From NCBI GenBank assembly GCA_964463435.1, contig CAYXCT010000002.1, forward strand, positions 1 to 31,406: DNA of 31,406 bases, given 5' to 3'. The position numbers and the translations under genes are program-made. This stretch comes from an uncultured bacterium. Its GTDB lineage: Bacteria; Oederibacteriota; JAJYGY01. Each line of letters begins with the position of its first letter. The first letter of the stretch is position 1. Below the pieces are notes generated by a model. That model was given only the letters and a program-made list of their open reading frames with translations. It ran no database searches and had not been told where the DNA came from. Shown here piece by piece: positions 21,473 through 29,901 of this stretch.

Positions 21473-22465
21473 ATGTGGTTTTCAAGCAGGTTAATGTTGG
21501 CATTATTGATTTTCATTCAACCCGTTATTTCTCTTCAGGCACAGGCCATTGAACAAGTCTATAAAAATGGCCTGGCTTTGGAGCGCACAAAACGCTATTC
21601 CGAAGCTGTGAAAGCTTTTGAGGAGGCCATAGCCATCAACCCGCGTTATGCTTGGGCCTATCGAGATTTGGGCACTTGTTATTACTATCTCGGCGACATG
21701 GAGAGCGCTCGCCACGCTTATGCCCAATATCTGGCCCTCAACCCTCGCGACACCCAAACAAAGGCTTTTGTTGCTTATCTAGAACGGAAGCAGCCACTTA
21801 ACTCCGATGCACACGTGCCGAGCACTGGTATTTTTGTGGGCCTGGGGCTAGGGGGATTGAATAACAGTAATAGCGACATAAAGAATTTTCTGGCTAACGG
21901 GAGCAGCGCCGATGTTTCTTGTGCCCCAAACTCTTTAAACTGGTTGGGCGAATTGCGGGCCGGTTATCAGACTCATTCAGGGTGGAATATTTATGGAAAG
22001 CTAGGATTAGGCCCGTGGAGAGATTCGAATATTTCTTGGTCTTCGGCGCCTGCTGATCAATCAAGCCTAGATTTGTTTGAATGGAGCCTCGGGCTGGGAG
22101 GCGGTTACCGTTGGCTGTTTGGCCGACATAGCCTGGGCGTCAATGCGGATTTTGGCCCCAGCTTCTTATCAGGTAGTTACTCCATCAACGGGAACGAGGC
22201 GGGTGGATTTAATATCAATTCTTGGGCAATGGCTTACGAGTTGTTTGGAAACTACGAAATTAGGGTATCACCCCATTTGGGCTTAGGCGTGGATCTGGGT
22301 TATCGTCTTGCCCGGTTTGACAGCCTTTCAGTAACTTCAACTTGGGGATATGCTAAAACTCAGAACTATACAGAACCTCTGAAGATGGGTGACGGTTCCC
22401 AAGCCTATTTTGATAATTCCGGCCCATTCCTTAGGCTGCTCCTTTGCTGGCATAGCACTCCGTAA
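21473..22465 (+). CDS. Signal-peptide protein with N-terminal TPR repeats and a Gly/Ser/Asn/aromatic-rich beta-barrel-like C-terminal domain (putative OM protein). It is encoded in low-GC DNA.
   Basis: An AGGAGGG RBS is present. The signal peptide is MWFSSRLMLALLIFIQPVISLQA. The TPR region reads YSEAVKAFEEAIAINPRYAWAYRDLGTCYYYLGDMESARHAYAQYLALNP. The C-terminal ~220 aa have alternating-polarity segments such as GYRWLFGRHSLGVNADFG and GNYEIRVSPHLGLGVDLGY. Confidence 0.5.
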   Translation: MWFSSRLMLALLIFIQPVISLQAQAIEQVYKNGLALERTKRYSEAVKAFEEAIAINPRYAWAYRDLGTCYYYLGDMESARHAYAQYLALNPRDTQTKAFVAYLERKQPLNSDAHVPSTGIFVGLGLGGLNNSNSDIKNFLANGSSADVSCAPNSLNWLGELRAGYQTHSGWNIYGKLGLGPWRDSNISWSSAPADQSSLDLFEWSLGLGGGYRWLFGRHSLGVNADFGPSFLSGSYSINGNEAGGFNINSWAMAYELFGNYEIRVSPHLGLGVDLGYRLARFDSLSVTSTWGYAKTQNYTEPLKMGDGSQAYFDNSGPFLRLLLCWHSTP

Positions 22466-22772
22466 CAATTAATATTTGAACTCAGAAATGCATTTAAGCA
22501 ACTCACTGAGGATGAAAATGTTCGCTTGTTGGCTGGGAAAACAGCGAAGTTAAAAAATTTTCTAGCCGGGCGAAAGGGTTGTCCGCCTCGATATGTTGCT
22601 TTTTTACATAAAGAAGGCGAAGAACAAAAGGAGACCACTGATGGGAGCTGGCGGTGATGGCCGAACGTTCTCACTTAGAGAGTCGAAGGGAGCGGGTGTT
22701 TGGTTACGTCTGGAAGGTTTATAAACAGCTGGAAATGGGTTATCAATGGCCTTTTGCGCTCGGGGGGAAGCA

Positions 22773-23744
22773 ATGAAGGATCAAAAGCTCGGACTAGGCG
22801 CCTTTATGTTTGGCCTGGCTGCGGTATGGTTATGTTCTTGCACGCACCCAAATCCTCTATCGGTGAATACAGCCACGGCGTATGCTCCGGGGCTTGGGCT
22901 ACAGACTCAGACGCGCACGCCGGGTGCAACCTTGACCCCGGGCAAGCCCACAGCTACGATCACTGCCACCCAGGCCGGGACTGTCAACACCACTCCTCAG
23001 GTCAGCCCCACCAGCACGCCCATGGGCACTAGTAAAAGCACTTTGACCCCAGCAGCCAGCTTCACATCGACGGCCACTGTAACCCAATCTGGAACCACCA
23101 ACACCACTCCCTCGATCAGCCCTACTAGCACGTCGACGGGCGCCGGTGGAGGCACCCCTTGGTCCATCTTTGGGCTAGTGTATGAAGGTGTGACGCAGAC
23201 GGCGGGTGGAGGCTTGAGCAGTCAAGATTCCTGCATGGTGCAGGTTAAGGATTCCAATAACAACTTCTTAGTGATTACCGCTGCATCCTTGGTTTTGCCG
23301 GGGGGATCAACTCTGACCATGACTTCGGCTGGGGTTGGCACAGGGACCTTCACCTATTCTGGCGGTTCTTGGTATCAGCCCGGCCAAAGCTATACGATGT
23401 ACGTTACTATTGGGAGCACCACTTACTCCGGTTCGGTCACAGCGGCGGGCGGAATCCAGGTGCCGACATTTTCCAATCCTGGTCCAATCACTTGGACTTA
23501 TCCTGGAAACGAAGAGGTGATCAAAATTCAGCAGCTATTTGGGGCGGAAAACACCACCACCTTGGGCAGCCCGGTGACTTCGGGAAGCGTCAGCACGGGA
23601 TCCGCCACTTACTTTTCCTCGGCGGGTATGTACGCCGTTACGGTTATGATAGCTCAGACCAACGTGTTTGCTTGGACTCCGTCAGTGAGCATGGGAATCT
23701 TAGAGGCAGAGCAATCCTTATATTATGCGGACACCAATCCATAA
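22773..23744 (+). CDS. Thr/Ser/Pro-rich repeat lipoprotein-like secreted protein (hypothetical).
   Basis: It has a signal peptide with Cys (MKDQKLGLGAFMFGLAAVWLCSC). The mucin-like T/S/P linker carries two ~40-aa repeats. The C-terminal domain is Gly/Ser/Thr/Tyr-rich and beta-rich. Confidence 0.5.
   Translation: MKDQKLGLGAFMFGLAAVWLCSCTHPNPLSVNTATAYAPGLGLQTQTRTPGATLTPGKPTATITATQAGTVNTTPQVSPTSTPMGTSKSTLTPAASFTSTATVTQSGTTNTTPSISPTSTSTGAGGGTPWSIFGLVYEGVTQTAGGGLSSQDSCMVQVKDSNNNFLVITAASLVLPGGSTLTMTSAGVGTGTFTYSGGSWYQPGQSYTMYVTIGSTTYSGSVTAAGGIQVPTFSNPGPITWTYPGNEEVIKIQQLFGAENTTTLGSPVTSGSVSTGSATYFSSAGMYAVTVMIAQTNVFAWTPSVSMGILEAEQSLYYADTNP
22951..23190 (+). repeat. Two diverged tandem ~120-bp repeats encoding the Thr-rich linker.
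   Basis: The peptide units TATITATQAGTVNTTPQVSPTSTPMGTS… and TATVTQSGTTNTTPSISPTSTSTGAGG… correspond to nucleotide units AACACCACTCC..CAGCCC.AC.AGCACG. Confidence 0.5.
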
Positions 23745-23825
23745 TAGGCAAGCCTAGCCGTAAGTCGGAATCGCAACATCCCATAATTAATGGGCATTAC
23801 GCCCTCAACTATTGATTTAGTGTTC

Positions 23826-23878
23826 GGCAAAAACAAGAAGTCCGGCACGAACTGCCGGACTTCTTGTTTTTGCCGTTT
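23826..23878. terminator. Strong bidirectional rho-independent terminator between the convergent lipoprotein gene and the OM peptidase gene.
   Basis: There is a perfect ~21-bp stem, GGCAAAAACAAGAAGTCCGGC / GCCGGACTTCTTGTTTTTGCC, with loop ACGAACT. It is flanked by A- and T-tracts. Confidence 0.8.
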
Positions 23879-23943
23879 ATTTAGAAAAGATGTGTGAAGG
23901 TCGGTGTTTTAAACCCGGCCACGCAAATTGCAGGCCGGCTCCC

Positions 23944-26604
23944 TTAGAATCGCTTGCCCACGCCCATCTGCAGGCCGGGCTGGTTCTGCGGCAGCAGGGT
24001 GCCGTAGAGGCTCAGGTCCAGCGGGTCGTCATGCAGCAGCAGCAGCTCCACTATGCCGCCGGCGCGGTATTCCATGCGGTCGGCATCCTCAGCCCCTTTC
24101 AGGCTCCAGTAGCAGGCCTGCACCTGGGGCGCCACGCGGCGCAGGCCCAGCGGCACCTTGTAGCCCTCCCAATCCAGGTCAATGGCCCAGGTCAGCTCAG
24201 CGCCGGCCATGGCATAGGCCCGCCAGTCGCCATCCAAGCTCGTGTCAAGCGCGGGCCGGTCAGGGCTCGCCACCGGCGGGGTGAAGCGCGAGAGCGCTAT
24301 CTCAGCCGAGGGCGCGATGCCGCCAGCGCTGAGCGCCGTGGCATAGAAGCGATGGCCCAGGTCCTGGGTGAGGCTCAGGGTGGCCCCGCCCAGCGCGCCG
24401 TCCGGCCCGTTCTCCACCGCGGCCCACAGCGCTGCCTGGCGCCAGGGCAGCAGCGCGTCGCCGGGCTGGATGGTGTGGTCCGCGCTCAAGCTGAAGACCG
24501 CCGGGGCCGCGCGCTTCAGGCTGTCTTCCCAGCGCGTGTCCAGGCCCAGCGAGGCCTCGTCATGCCGGCGCTGCCACACGGGCAGGGTGAAGCCCACATG
24601 GGCCGTGGCCTGGTAGTCCCAGCCCGTGACGCGGTAGGTGCTGCTGCTGCCCTGGGTGCTGGTGAGCACGGTGGGCACTTCCTGGTATTCCGCGGCCAGG
24701 TAAGGGGCCAGCAAGTGGCGCTGGTAGCTCCATTGCAGCCAGTGGTCCCAGGCGCCAAAGTCCTGCTGGCTGGATTGCAGGCTCAGGCTGTTCTGCTGCA
24801 GCTCGTCGCAGAGGTTCAGCCCCAAAGACCAGGTCGGGTTGCCGTCTTCGCCCACCCAGGCCCAGGGCGTGATGGAGCGCAGGTAGAGGCGGGCCAGGGG
24901 ATGGTAGGCCTGCCAGTCCAGCCCTGTTTCGGCGGTCTGGCTCACGCCATCCAGCAGGCCGCTTCGCAGGGCCGGGCCATAGGGGTCTGTGAAGTCCGGC
25001 ATCTGCTCCTCAGCTGTCAGGCTCAGCGGCCGAACGCTGTAGCCGCCGCCTTCCACCTGCACGGCCAGCACGCGGCCGTCATCCAAGGGCTGCGCCTCCA
25101 CCACCGTGTCAGAGCTGCTGCGGCGCAAGAGCCGCTGGCCGTCCCACTCAAACAGGCTGCAGCCCAGTCGGGTGCTGGCGATGAACCACACAGAGCCGTC
25201 ATCGCCCACCCACTGCGGCCTGCCGAAATAGCCCTGGTAGCGGAAGAGCTCCTGATCCCCGCGCAAGCAGGCCTTGGCTGTGCCGCTCTGGCGGAAGAAC
25301 ACGGCCCGGCCTTGCGCGTCCAGCAAAGCCCGTGAATGGCTGATGCCCACCGGGCCGGCGCTGCCCTGCACAAAAGGCTGGCTGTAGCCCTGGGCCAGGT
25401 CGAACCACAGGGCCTGGCCCGCGCGCTGGTCGCTCAGCCAGCGGCTCATCCAGGCCGGGTCCGCGGCCCCGCTCTCGTCCCACAGCGAGGCAGCGATGAC
25501 GCCGGGCCAATAGGCGTCGCTGGCCATGCTGCGCCATTCGCCATCCTCGGCCATGAAGAGCCTGCCCCAGGGCAGGTCGCTGCGCTGCGCGCTCAGGCTC
25601 AGGCTGGCGCAGTCCACCACATTGAGCCGGGGCGGCGCATCCGGGTCCGGGTCGCTCAAGAAGGCGATGCAGCCCTTGGCGCGGCTGAGGCTGGGCCGGT
25701 CCCAGCTGGTGGCCATGGCCGCGGTGCTGGTGTCAGACTGCTGGCCCTGGGCTTGGGCCTTGAGCCCATCGCAGAAGCCGGCCATGTCATCCTTCAAGCT
25801 GCTGTCAAAATGCTGCTGCCAGCGTGCGCCCAGGCGGGTGGGAACCAGGTAGCTCTTGGCGAGGTCCAGGAACAGGCTGTTCAGCTCCCTGGGCCCCTCG
25901 CGCCGGGCCATGCTGGCCATGAAGCGGCTGCCAGCCTCATAGGCCTCAGTGGCGCCGGGCCAATCCAGGCGCGTGTTGATGATGCGGGCCGGGCTGATCC
26001 GGCCGGCCTTGGCCATGGCCAGCAGGCGCGCTGTCATCTCGCCATTGTAGAGCCGGCCGCCCAGGCCAAAGCGGCCTTCGTTATAAACCGCATCGCCCTC
26101 CAAAAAGAGGCGGGGGGCCAGGGCCACGGGGTAGGTGAAGGCGAGCAGCCAGAAGTCGCTGCCCAGCCAGTCATGGATGAAGCGGCTGGGCCCTTGCTTG
26201 GCGCTCAGCTGAAAGGCGTGCGAGGTCTCGTGGGCCAGCAGCAGGCCGGCCCAGTCGCTGGCCGCGAAGTCCTCCAGCTGGGGCGCGCCGCCCGGGTACC
26301 AGGCTTCGTACAGCATGGGCTCTATGGTGGTCTCGCCGTTGGCCATCTGGGTCCGGTCTGACAGCATCACCAGGCTCAGCGGCTCATCCAGGTGCCAGCG
26401 GAACTCTTTGCCGTAGAGGCCCAGCAGGCGGTCGATCGGCTCGGCCAGGCTGTCGCCCAGGCCCTGGCGCTCCGGGGGGGCCAGCAGCTGCCAGCCCGGG
26501 CCCTGGGCCAGGCCATAGGCCTCATCGCCCGGAGGCACCACCGGGTCGGCAGGCAGGGCCCAGGGGCAGAGCAGCAGCATCAGGAGCAGGCAAGGCAGGC
26601 GCAT
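23944..26604 (-). CDS. Large secreted HExxH (gluzincin-like) metallopeptidase-like protein with a C-terminal beta-barrel-like region ending in Phe. It is a putative outer-membrane-anchored, autotransporter-like protein.
   Basis: The start is trimmed to MRLPCLLLMLLLCPWALPA (signal peptide) and the protein is 886 aa. The N-terminal domain has LLAHETSHAF followed by FLEGDAVYNEG, an HExxH…NEG pattern. The middle region has WD/propeller-like segments. The C-terminal ~250 aa show alternating hydrophobic strands and a terminal …LQMGVGKRF. Confidence 0.6.
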   Translation of the reverse strand: MRLPCLLLMLLLCPWALPADPVVPPGDEAYGLAQGPGWQLLAPPERQGLGDSLAEPIDRLLGLYGKEFRWHLDEPLSLVMLSDRTQMANGETTIEPMLYEAWYPGGAPQLEDFAASDWAGLLLAHETSHAFQLSAKQGPSRFIHDWLGSDFWLLAFTYPVALAPRLFLEGDAVYNEGRFGLGGRLYNGEMTARLLAMAKAGRISPARIINTRLDWPGATEAYEAGSRFMASMARREGPRELNSLFLDLAKSYLVPTRLGARWQQHFDSSLKDDMAGFCDGLKAQAQGQQSDTSTAAMATSWDRPSLSRAKGCIAFLSDPDPDAPPRLNVVDCASLSLSAQRSDLPWGRLFMAEDGEWRSMASDAYWPGVIAASLWDESGAADPAWMSRWLSDQRAGQALWFDLAQGYSQPFVQGSAGPVGISHSRALLDAQGRAVFFRQSGTAKACLRGDQELFRYQGYFGRPQWVGDDGSVWFIASTRLGCSLFEWDGQRLLRRSSSDTVVEAQPLDDGRVLAVQVEGGGYSVRPLSLTAEEQMPDFTDPYGPALRSGLLDGVSQTAETGLDWQAYHPLARLYLRSITPWAWVGEDGNPTWSLGLNLCDELQQNSLSLQSSQQDFGAWDHWLQWSYQRHLLAPYLAAEYQEVPTVLTSTQGSSSTYRVTGWDYQATAHVGFTLPVWQRRHDEASLGLDTRWEDSLKRAAPAVFSLSADHTIQPGDALLPWRQAALWAAVENGPDGALGGATLSLTQDLGHRFYATALSAGGIAPSAEIALSRFTPPVASPDRPALDTSLDGDWRAYAMAGAELTWAIDLDWEGYKVPLGLRRVAPQVQACYWSLKGAEDADRMEYRAGGIVELLLLHDDPLDLSLYGTLLPQNQPGLQMGVGKRF

Positions 26605-26619
26605 GGGCCACCATGGAGG

Positions 26620-26653
26620 GGGACAAAAAAAGGGAGGGGCAAAAGCCCCTCCC
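26620..26653 (-). terminator. Rho-independent terminator of the cold-shock gene (minus strand).
   Basis: The minus-strand hairpin is GGGAGGGGC-uuuug-CCCCTCCC, followed by TTTTTTT (plus-strand A7 at 26624-26631). Confidence 0.7.
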
Positions 26654-26677
26654 TTTGAGCATCGCGTGAGCGTCGTA

Positions 26678-26884
26678 TCAGGCCTTGGTGACGTTGGCAG
26701 CCTGCGGGCCCTTGGCGCCCTCGACCACATCGAAGCTGACAGCCTGGCCCTCTGCCAGGGTCTTGAAGCCGTCGCCGCCGATGGCCGAGAAGTGGACGAA
26801 GACGTCCGCGCCGCCGGGGCGCTCGAGGAAGCCGAAACCCTTCTTCTCGTTGAACCACTTCACCTTGCCGTTGACCGAACCCAT
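26678..26884 (-). CDS. Cold-shock protein (CspA family), 68 aa.
   Basis: It reads [35 protein letters not shown], carrying the RNP1 motif KGFGFL and the RNP2-like VFVHF. A GGAGG RBS lies 5 nt before the ATG. Confidence 0.9.
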   Translation of the reverse strand: MGSVNGKVKWFNEKKGFGFLERPGGADVFVHFSAIGGDGFKTLAEGQAVSFDVVEGAKGPQAANVTKA

Positions 26885-27084
26885 CTGAACCTCCATCCTG
26901 ACCCTTCGCCCCAGAGCGACCCCCCGCCTGCGCCAGCGGGGTACCGGGGCTCTGAAAAAAAAGATACTAAAGCCGGGGCATCCTTGCAACCAAAAAATAG
27001 CGCGGCCTGCTCGCCTCTTGCCAAGCCGGTAAGGATGCGTATACTTAACCCTTCTTCAGCCCATTCCCGACACTCCCCAAGGCC

Positions 27085-27705
27085 ATGAGCACCCCAAAAC
27101 CCATCCGCGGCGCCCGCTTCCTCAAGTTCCGATGCACCGATTGCGGCAACTGCTGCACCGACACCATCGTCCCCATCACCGACCATGACGTGCGCCGGCT
27201 CATTGAGCCCGGCCGCCCGGCCGAGACCTTCATCAATTTCTACCCGCGCCGCGAGTTCGATGACCGCGCCCCCGAGCTGGCCTGGATCCACCTGGAGGAG
27301 GGCCGCCGCGTGATGGCCCTCAAGAAGCAGCCAGGCAGCGAGGCCTGCCACTTCCTCAAGGAGCTGCGCTGCTCAGCCTATGAGCAGCGGCCCATCACCT
27401 GCCGGGTCTTCCCTTATCAGGTGGAATTTGACGCCAAGGGCAAGGTCAACCGCTTCTACATCAGCCAGGCCGTGCCCTGCCCTTACCAGCTGGACGGCAA
27501 GGTCAACCTGCCCCAGGTGGTGAAGGACTGGGACCTGGATGACGAGCAGGACCTGGAGTACTCCCTCAAGGTGGAGGAGTTCAACGCCCTGCCGCGGCCC
27601 CGCACGCGGCACGCCTTCCTTCAGTTCCTGGGCCTGGCCAGCCCTGACCCGGCCCTGCGCATGCTTGAACCCGAGCCCAAAGCCCTTTCAAGGAGGAGAC
27701 CATGA
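27085..27705 (+). CDS. YkgJ-family cysteine-cluster protein (CxxCxxCC, UPF0153).
   Basis: It has the N-terminal motif CTDCGNCC plus downstream Cys residues (C…CxxxC), and is 206 aa. Confidence 0.7.
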   Translation: MSTPKPIRGARFLKFRCTDCGNCCTDTIVPITDHDVRRLIEPGRPAETFINFYPRREFDDRAPELAWIHLEEGRRVMALKKQPGSEACHFLKELRCSAYEQRPITCRVFPYQVEFDAKGKVNRFYISQAVPCPYQLDGKVNLPQVVKDWDLDDEQDLEYSLKVEEFNALPRPRTRHAFLQFLGLASPDPALRMLEPEPKALSRRRP

Positions 27706-28151
27706 AGACCTTTGCGCGCACCCTGTCCCTGGCCCTGCTCAGCCTGGGCCTGGCCGGCTGCTTCAGCCATCCGGCCGCGGTGAGCCCCACGCAAGATGCC
27801 ACCCCCGGCGCCGCGCATGTCACGGCCAGCGGCCTCAAGGTGATGGATTACCGGGTGGGCACCGGGCCCGAGGCCGTGGTGGGCCGCACCGTGGGCGTGC
27901 ATTACACCGGCTGGCTTGAGAACGGCACCAAGTTCGACTCCAGCGTGGACCGCGGCCAGCCCTTTGAGTTCAGCCTGGGCGCGGGCAATGTCATCAAGGG
28001 CTGGGACGAGGGCGTGCAGGGCATGCGCGTGGGCGGCAAGCGCCAGCTCACCGTGCCGCCCGAGCTGGGCTACGGCATGCGCGGGGCGCCGCCCAGCATC
28101 CCGCCCAATGCCACGCTGGTGTTCGATGTTGAGCTCTTGAGCGTCAAATGA
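27702..28151 (+). CDS. FKBP-type peptidyl-prolyl cis-trans isomerase, lipoprotein.
   Basis: The lipobox LAGC follows the signal peptide. The FKBP core reads [62 protein letters not shown]. An AGGAGGAG RBS is present. It overlaps the ykgJ stop. Confidence 0.9.
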   Translation: MKTFARTLSLALLSLGLAGCFSHPAAVSPTQDATPGAAHVTASGLKVMDYRVGTGPEAVVGRTVGVHYTGWLENGTKFDSSVDRGQPFEFSLGAGNVIKGWDEGVQGMRVGGKRQLTVPPELGYGMRGAPPSIPPNATLVFDVELLSVK

Positions 28152-28690
28152 CCGCCCGGCTGGTGCTCGGCAGCCCGGCGCCCGCCTTCGCAGGCCTTCA
28201 GGGCGTGGATGGCAAGCCCCACGGCCTGGCAGACTATGCCGCGGCCAAGGCCCTGGCCGTCATCTTCTGGTGCAACCACTGCCCCTATGTGCAGGCCTAT
28301 GAGGACAGGATCAAGGCCCTGCAGGCAGAGCTGGGGCCCAAGGGCCTGCAGGTGGTGGCCATCAACAGCAATGACGAGCAGGCCTACCCTGAGGATGGCT
28401 TTTCTGCCATGGTGGCGCGGGCCAAGGAGCGGGGCTTCAACTTTCCCTACCTGCGCGACGAGAGCCAGCAGGCGGCCCGCGATTTTGGCGCCCTGCGCAC
28501 CCCGCACATCTTCCTCTTCAATGCCGAGCGCAAGCTGGCCTACCTGGGCCGGGTGGATGACAACTACGCCGAGCCCGCGCTGGTGAAGCGCCAGGAGCTG
28601 CGCGAGGCCGTGGAGGACATCTTGGAAGGGCGCCCGGTGCGGACGCCCGAGACCTTTGCCATAGGCTGCACGATCAAGTGGAAGCCCTGA
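28148..28690 (+). CDS. Thioredoxin-fold thiol-disulfide oxidoreductase (redoxin/TlpA-like).
   Basis: It has the CxxC active site (WCNHCPY) in a thioredoxin-like context (…VVAINSNDE…). It overlaps the FKBP stop (ATGA). Confidence 0.75.
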   Translation: MTARLVLGSPAPAFAGLQGVDGKPHGLADYAAAKALAVIFWCNHCPYVQAYEDRIKALQAELGPKGLQVVAINSNDEQAYPEDGFSAMVARAKERGFNFPYLRDESQQAARDFGALRTPHIFLFNAERKLAYLGRVDDNYAEPALVKRQELREAVEDILEGRPVRTPETFAIGCTIKWKP

Positions 28691-28715
28691 ACCGCGCCTT
28701 TTGACTGGAGATAGC

Positions 28716-29834
28716 ATGGGCATCAAGGAGCAAGTGCTGGAGCGCCTGAAGACCGTGATGGACCCCGAGCTGAACATCAGCATCGTGGACTTGGGGATGG
28801 TCAAGGGCATAGAGCTCCAGGCCAAGACCCTCAACCTGACCATCGCCCTGACGGTCTCGGGCTGCCCGCTGAGGGCCAAGATAGAGGGCGACATTGACCA
28901 GGCCCTGCAGGACCTGGAGGGCTTTGAGCATATCCACCTGGCCTTCACGGCCATGGCGCCGGAGGAGCTCAATGCCCTCAAGCAGCGCCTGGGCGCCCAG
29001 CGCGCCGGGGCCATCAACAGCCAGCCGGGCATGCCCCAGCACCACAGCCCCGAGAAGCCGGATGCCGGCGGCATCAACCGCCTGCCCAAGAAGGTGCCCA
29101 ACATCATCGCCGTCACCAGCGGCAAGGGCGGGGTGGGCAAGAGCTCGGTGACCAGCATGCTGGCCACCAGCCTGCAGCGCCTGGGCAAGAAGGTGGGCAT
29201 CTTGGATGCCGACATCACGGGCCCCAGCATCGCCCGCATCTTCGGCTCCAGCGAGAAGCCCGGGGTCAAGGACGAGTCGGTGCTCATCCCGGTGGACACC
29301 AAGAGCGGGGTCAAGATCTTGAGCATGAACCTGCTGATTGACGACGAGGACGCCCCGGTCATCTGGCGCGGCCCGCTGGTCAATGGCGCCATCCGCCAGC
29401 TCTACAGCGACGCGGCCTGGGAAGGCTTGGACTTCCTCCTCCTGGACCTGCCGCCCGGCACCTCAGATGCCAATCTCACCGTCTTCCAGAGCATCCCGGT
29501 GGACGGGGTGGTGATCGTCACCAGCCCGCAGGACCTGGTGCGCATGATCGTGGCCAAGAGCGTGGGCATGTGCAAGCAGCTGCGCGTGCCCATCATCGGC
29601 CTGGTGGAGAACCTGGCCTGGGTCTCCTGCCCGGGCTGCGACCGCGTCATCCTGCCCTTTGGCCCCACGCGCGGGGCCGCGGTGGCCAAGGACTTTGGCA
29701 TCCCCTTCTTGGGCAGCCTGCCCATCGACGCCAGCCTGGCCGAAGCCTGCGATGCGGGCCAGATAGACCGCTATGAGAGCAAGGCCTTTGCCCAGGTGGC
29801 TGAGAAGGTGCTGGAGTCGAGAGCCAAGGCTTGA
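28716..29834 (+). CDS. Mrp/NBP35 (ApbC) family Fe-S cluster carrier ATPase with an N-terminal DUF59/MIP18 domain.
   Basis: The DUF59 N-terminus reads KTVMDPELNISIVDLGMV. The deviant Walker A reads VTSGKGGVGKSS. The paired Cys motif WVSCPGCD is present. There is a GGAG RBS; an alternative TTG start lies at 28701. Confidence 0.88.
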   Translation: MGIKEQVLERLKTVMDPELNISIVDLGMVKGIELQAKTLNLTIALTVSGCPLRAKIEGDIDQALQDLEGFEHIHLAFTAMAPEELNALKQRLGAQRAGAINSQPGMPQHHSPEKPDAGGINRLPKKVPNIIAVTSGKGGVGKSSVTSMLATSLQRLGKKVGILDADITGPSIARIFGSSEKPGVKDESVLIPVDTKSGVKILSMNLLIDDEDAPVIWRGPLVNGAIRQLYSDAAWEGLDFLLLDLPPGTSDANLTVFQSIPVDGVVIVTSPQDLVRMIVAKSVGMCKQLRVPIIGLVENLAWVSCPGCDRVILPFGPTRGAAVAKDFGIPFLGSLPIDASLAEACDAGQIDRYESKAFAQVAEKVLESRAKA

Positions 29835-29855
29835 AGAGCGGCATGCACGGCAATA

Positions 29856-29890
29856 AAAAAGGCCCGCCAGATGGCGGGCCTTTTTTATTG
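29856..29890. terminator. Bidirectional rho-independent terminator between mrp (+) and the OYE gene (-).
   Basis: The sequence AATAAAAAA-GGCCCGCC-agat-GGCGGGCC-TTTTTTATT has a perfect 8-9 bp GC stem flanked by A/T tracts. Confidence 0.85.
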
Positions 29891-29901
29891 GGGATGCTCT
29901 C

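Noticed and set aside
22700-23032. An alternative-frame 110-aa ORF overlapping the start of the lipoprotein gene.
   Set aside because: It is His/Gly/Cys-rich nonsense with no RBS. The overlapping frame has a clear signal peptide and repeat structure.
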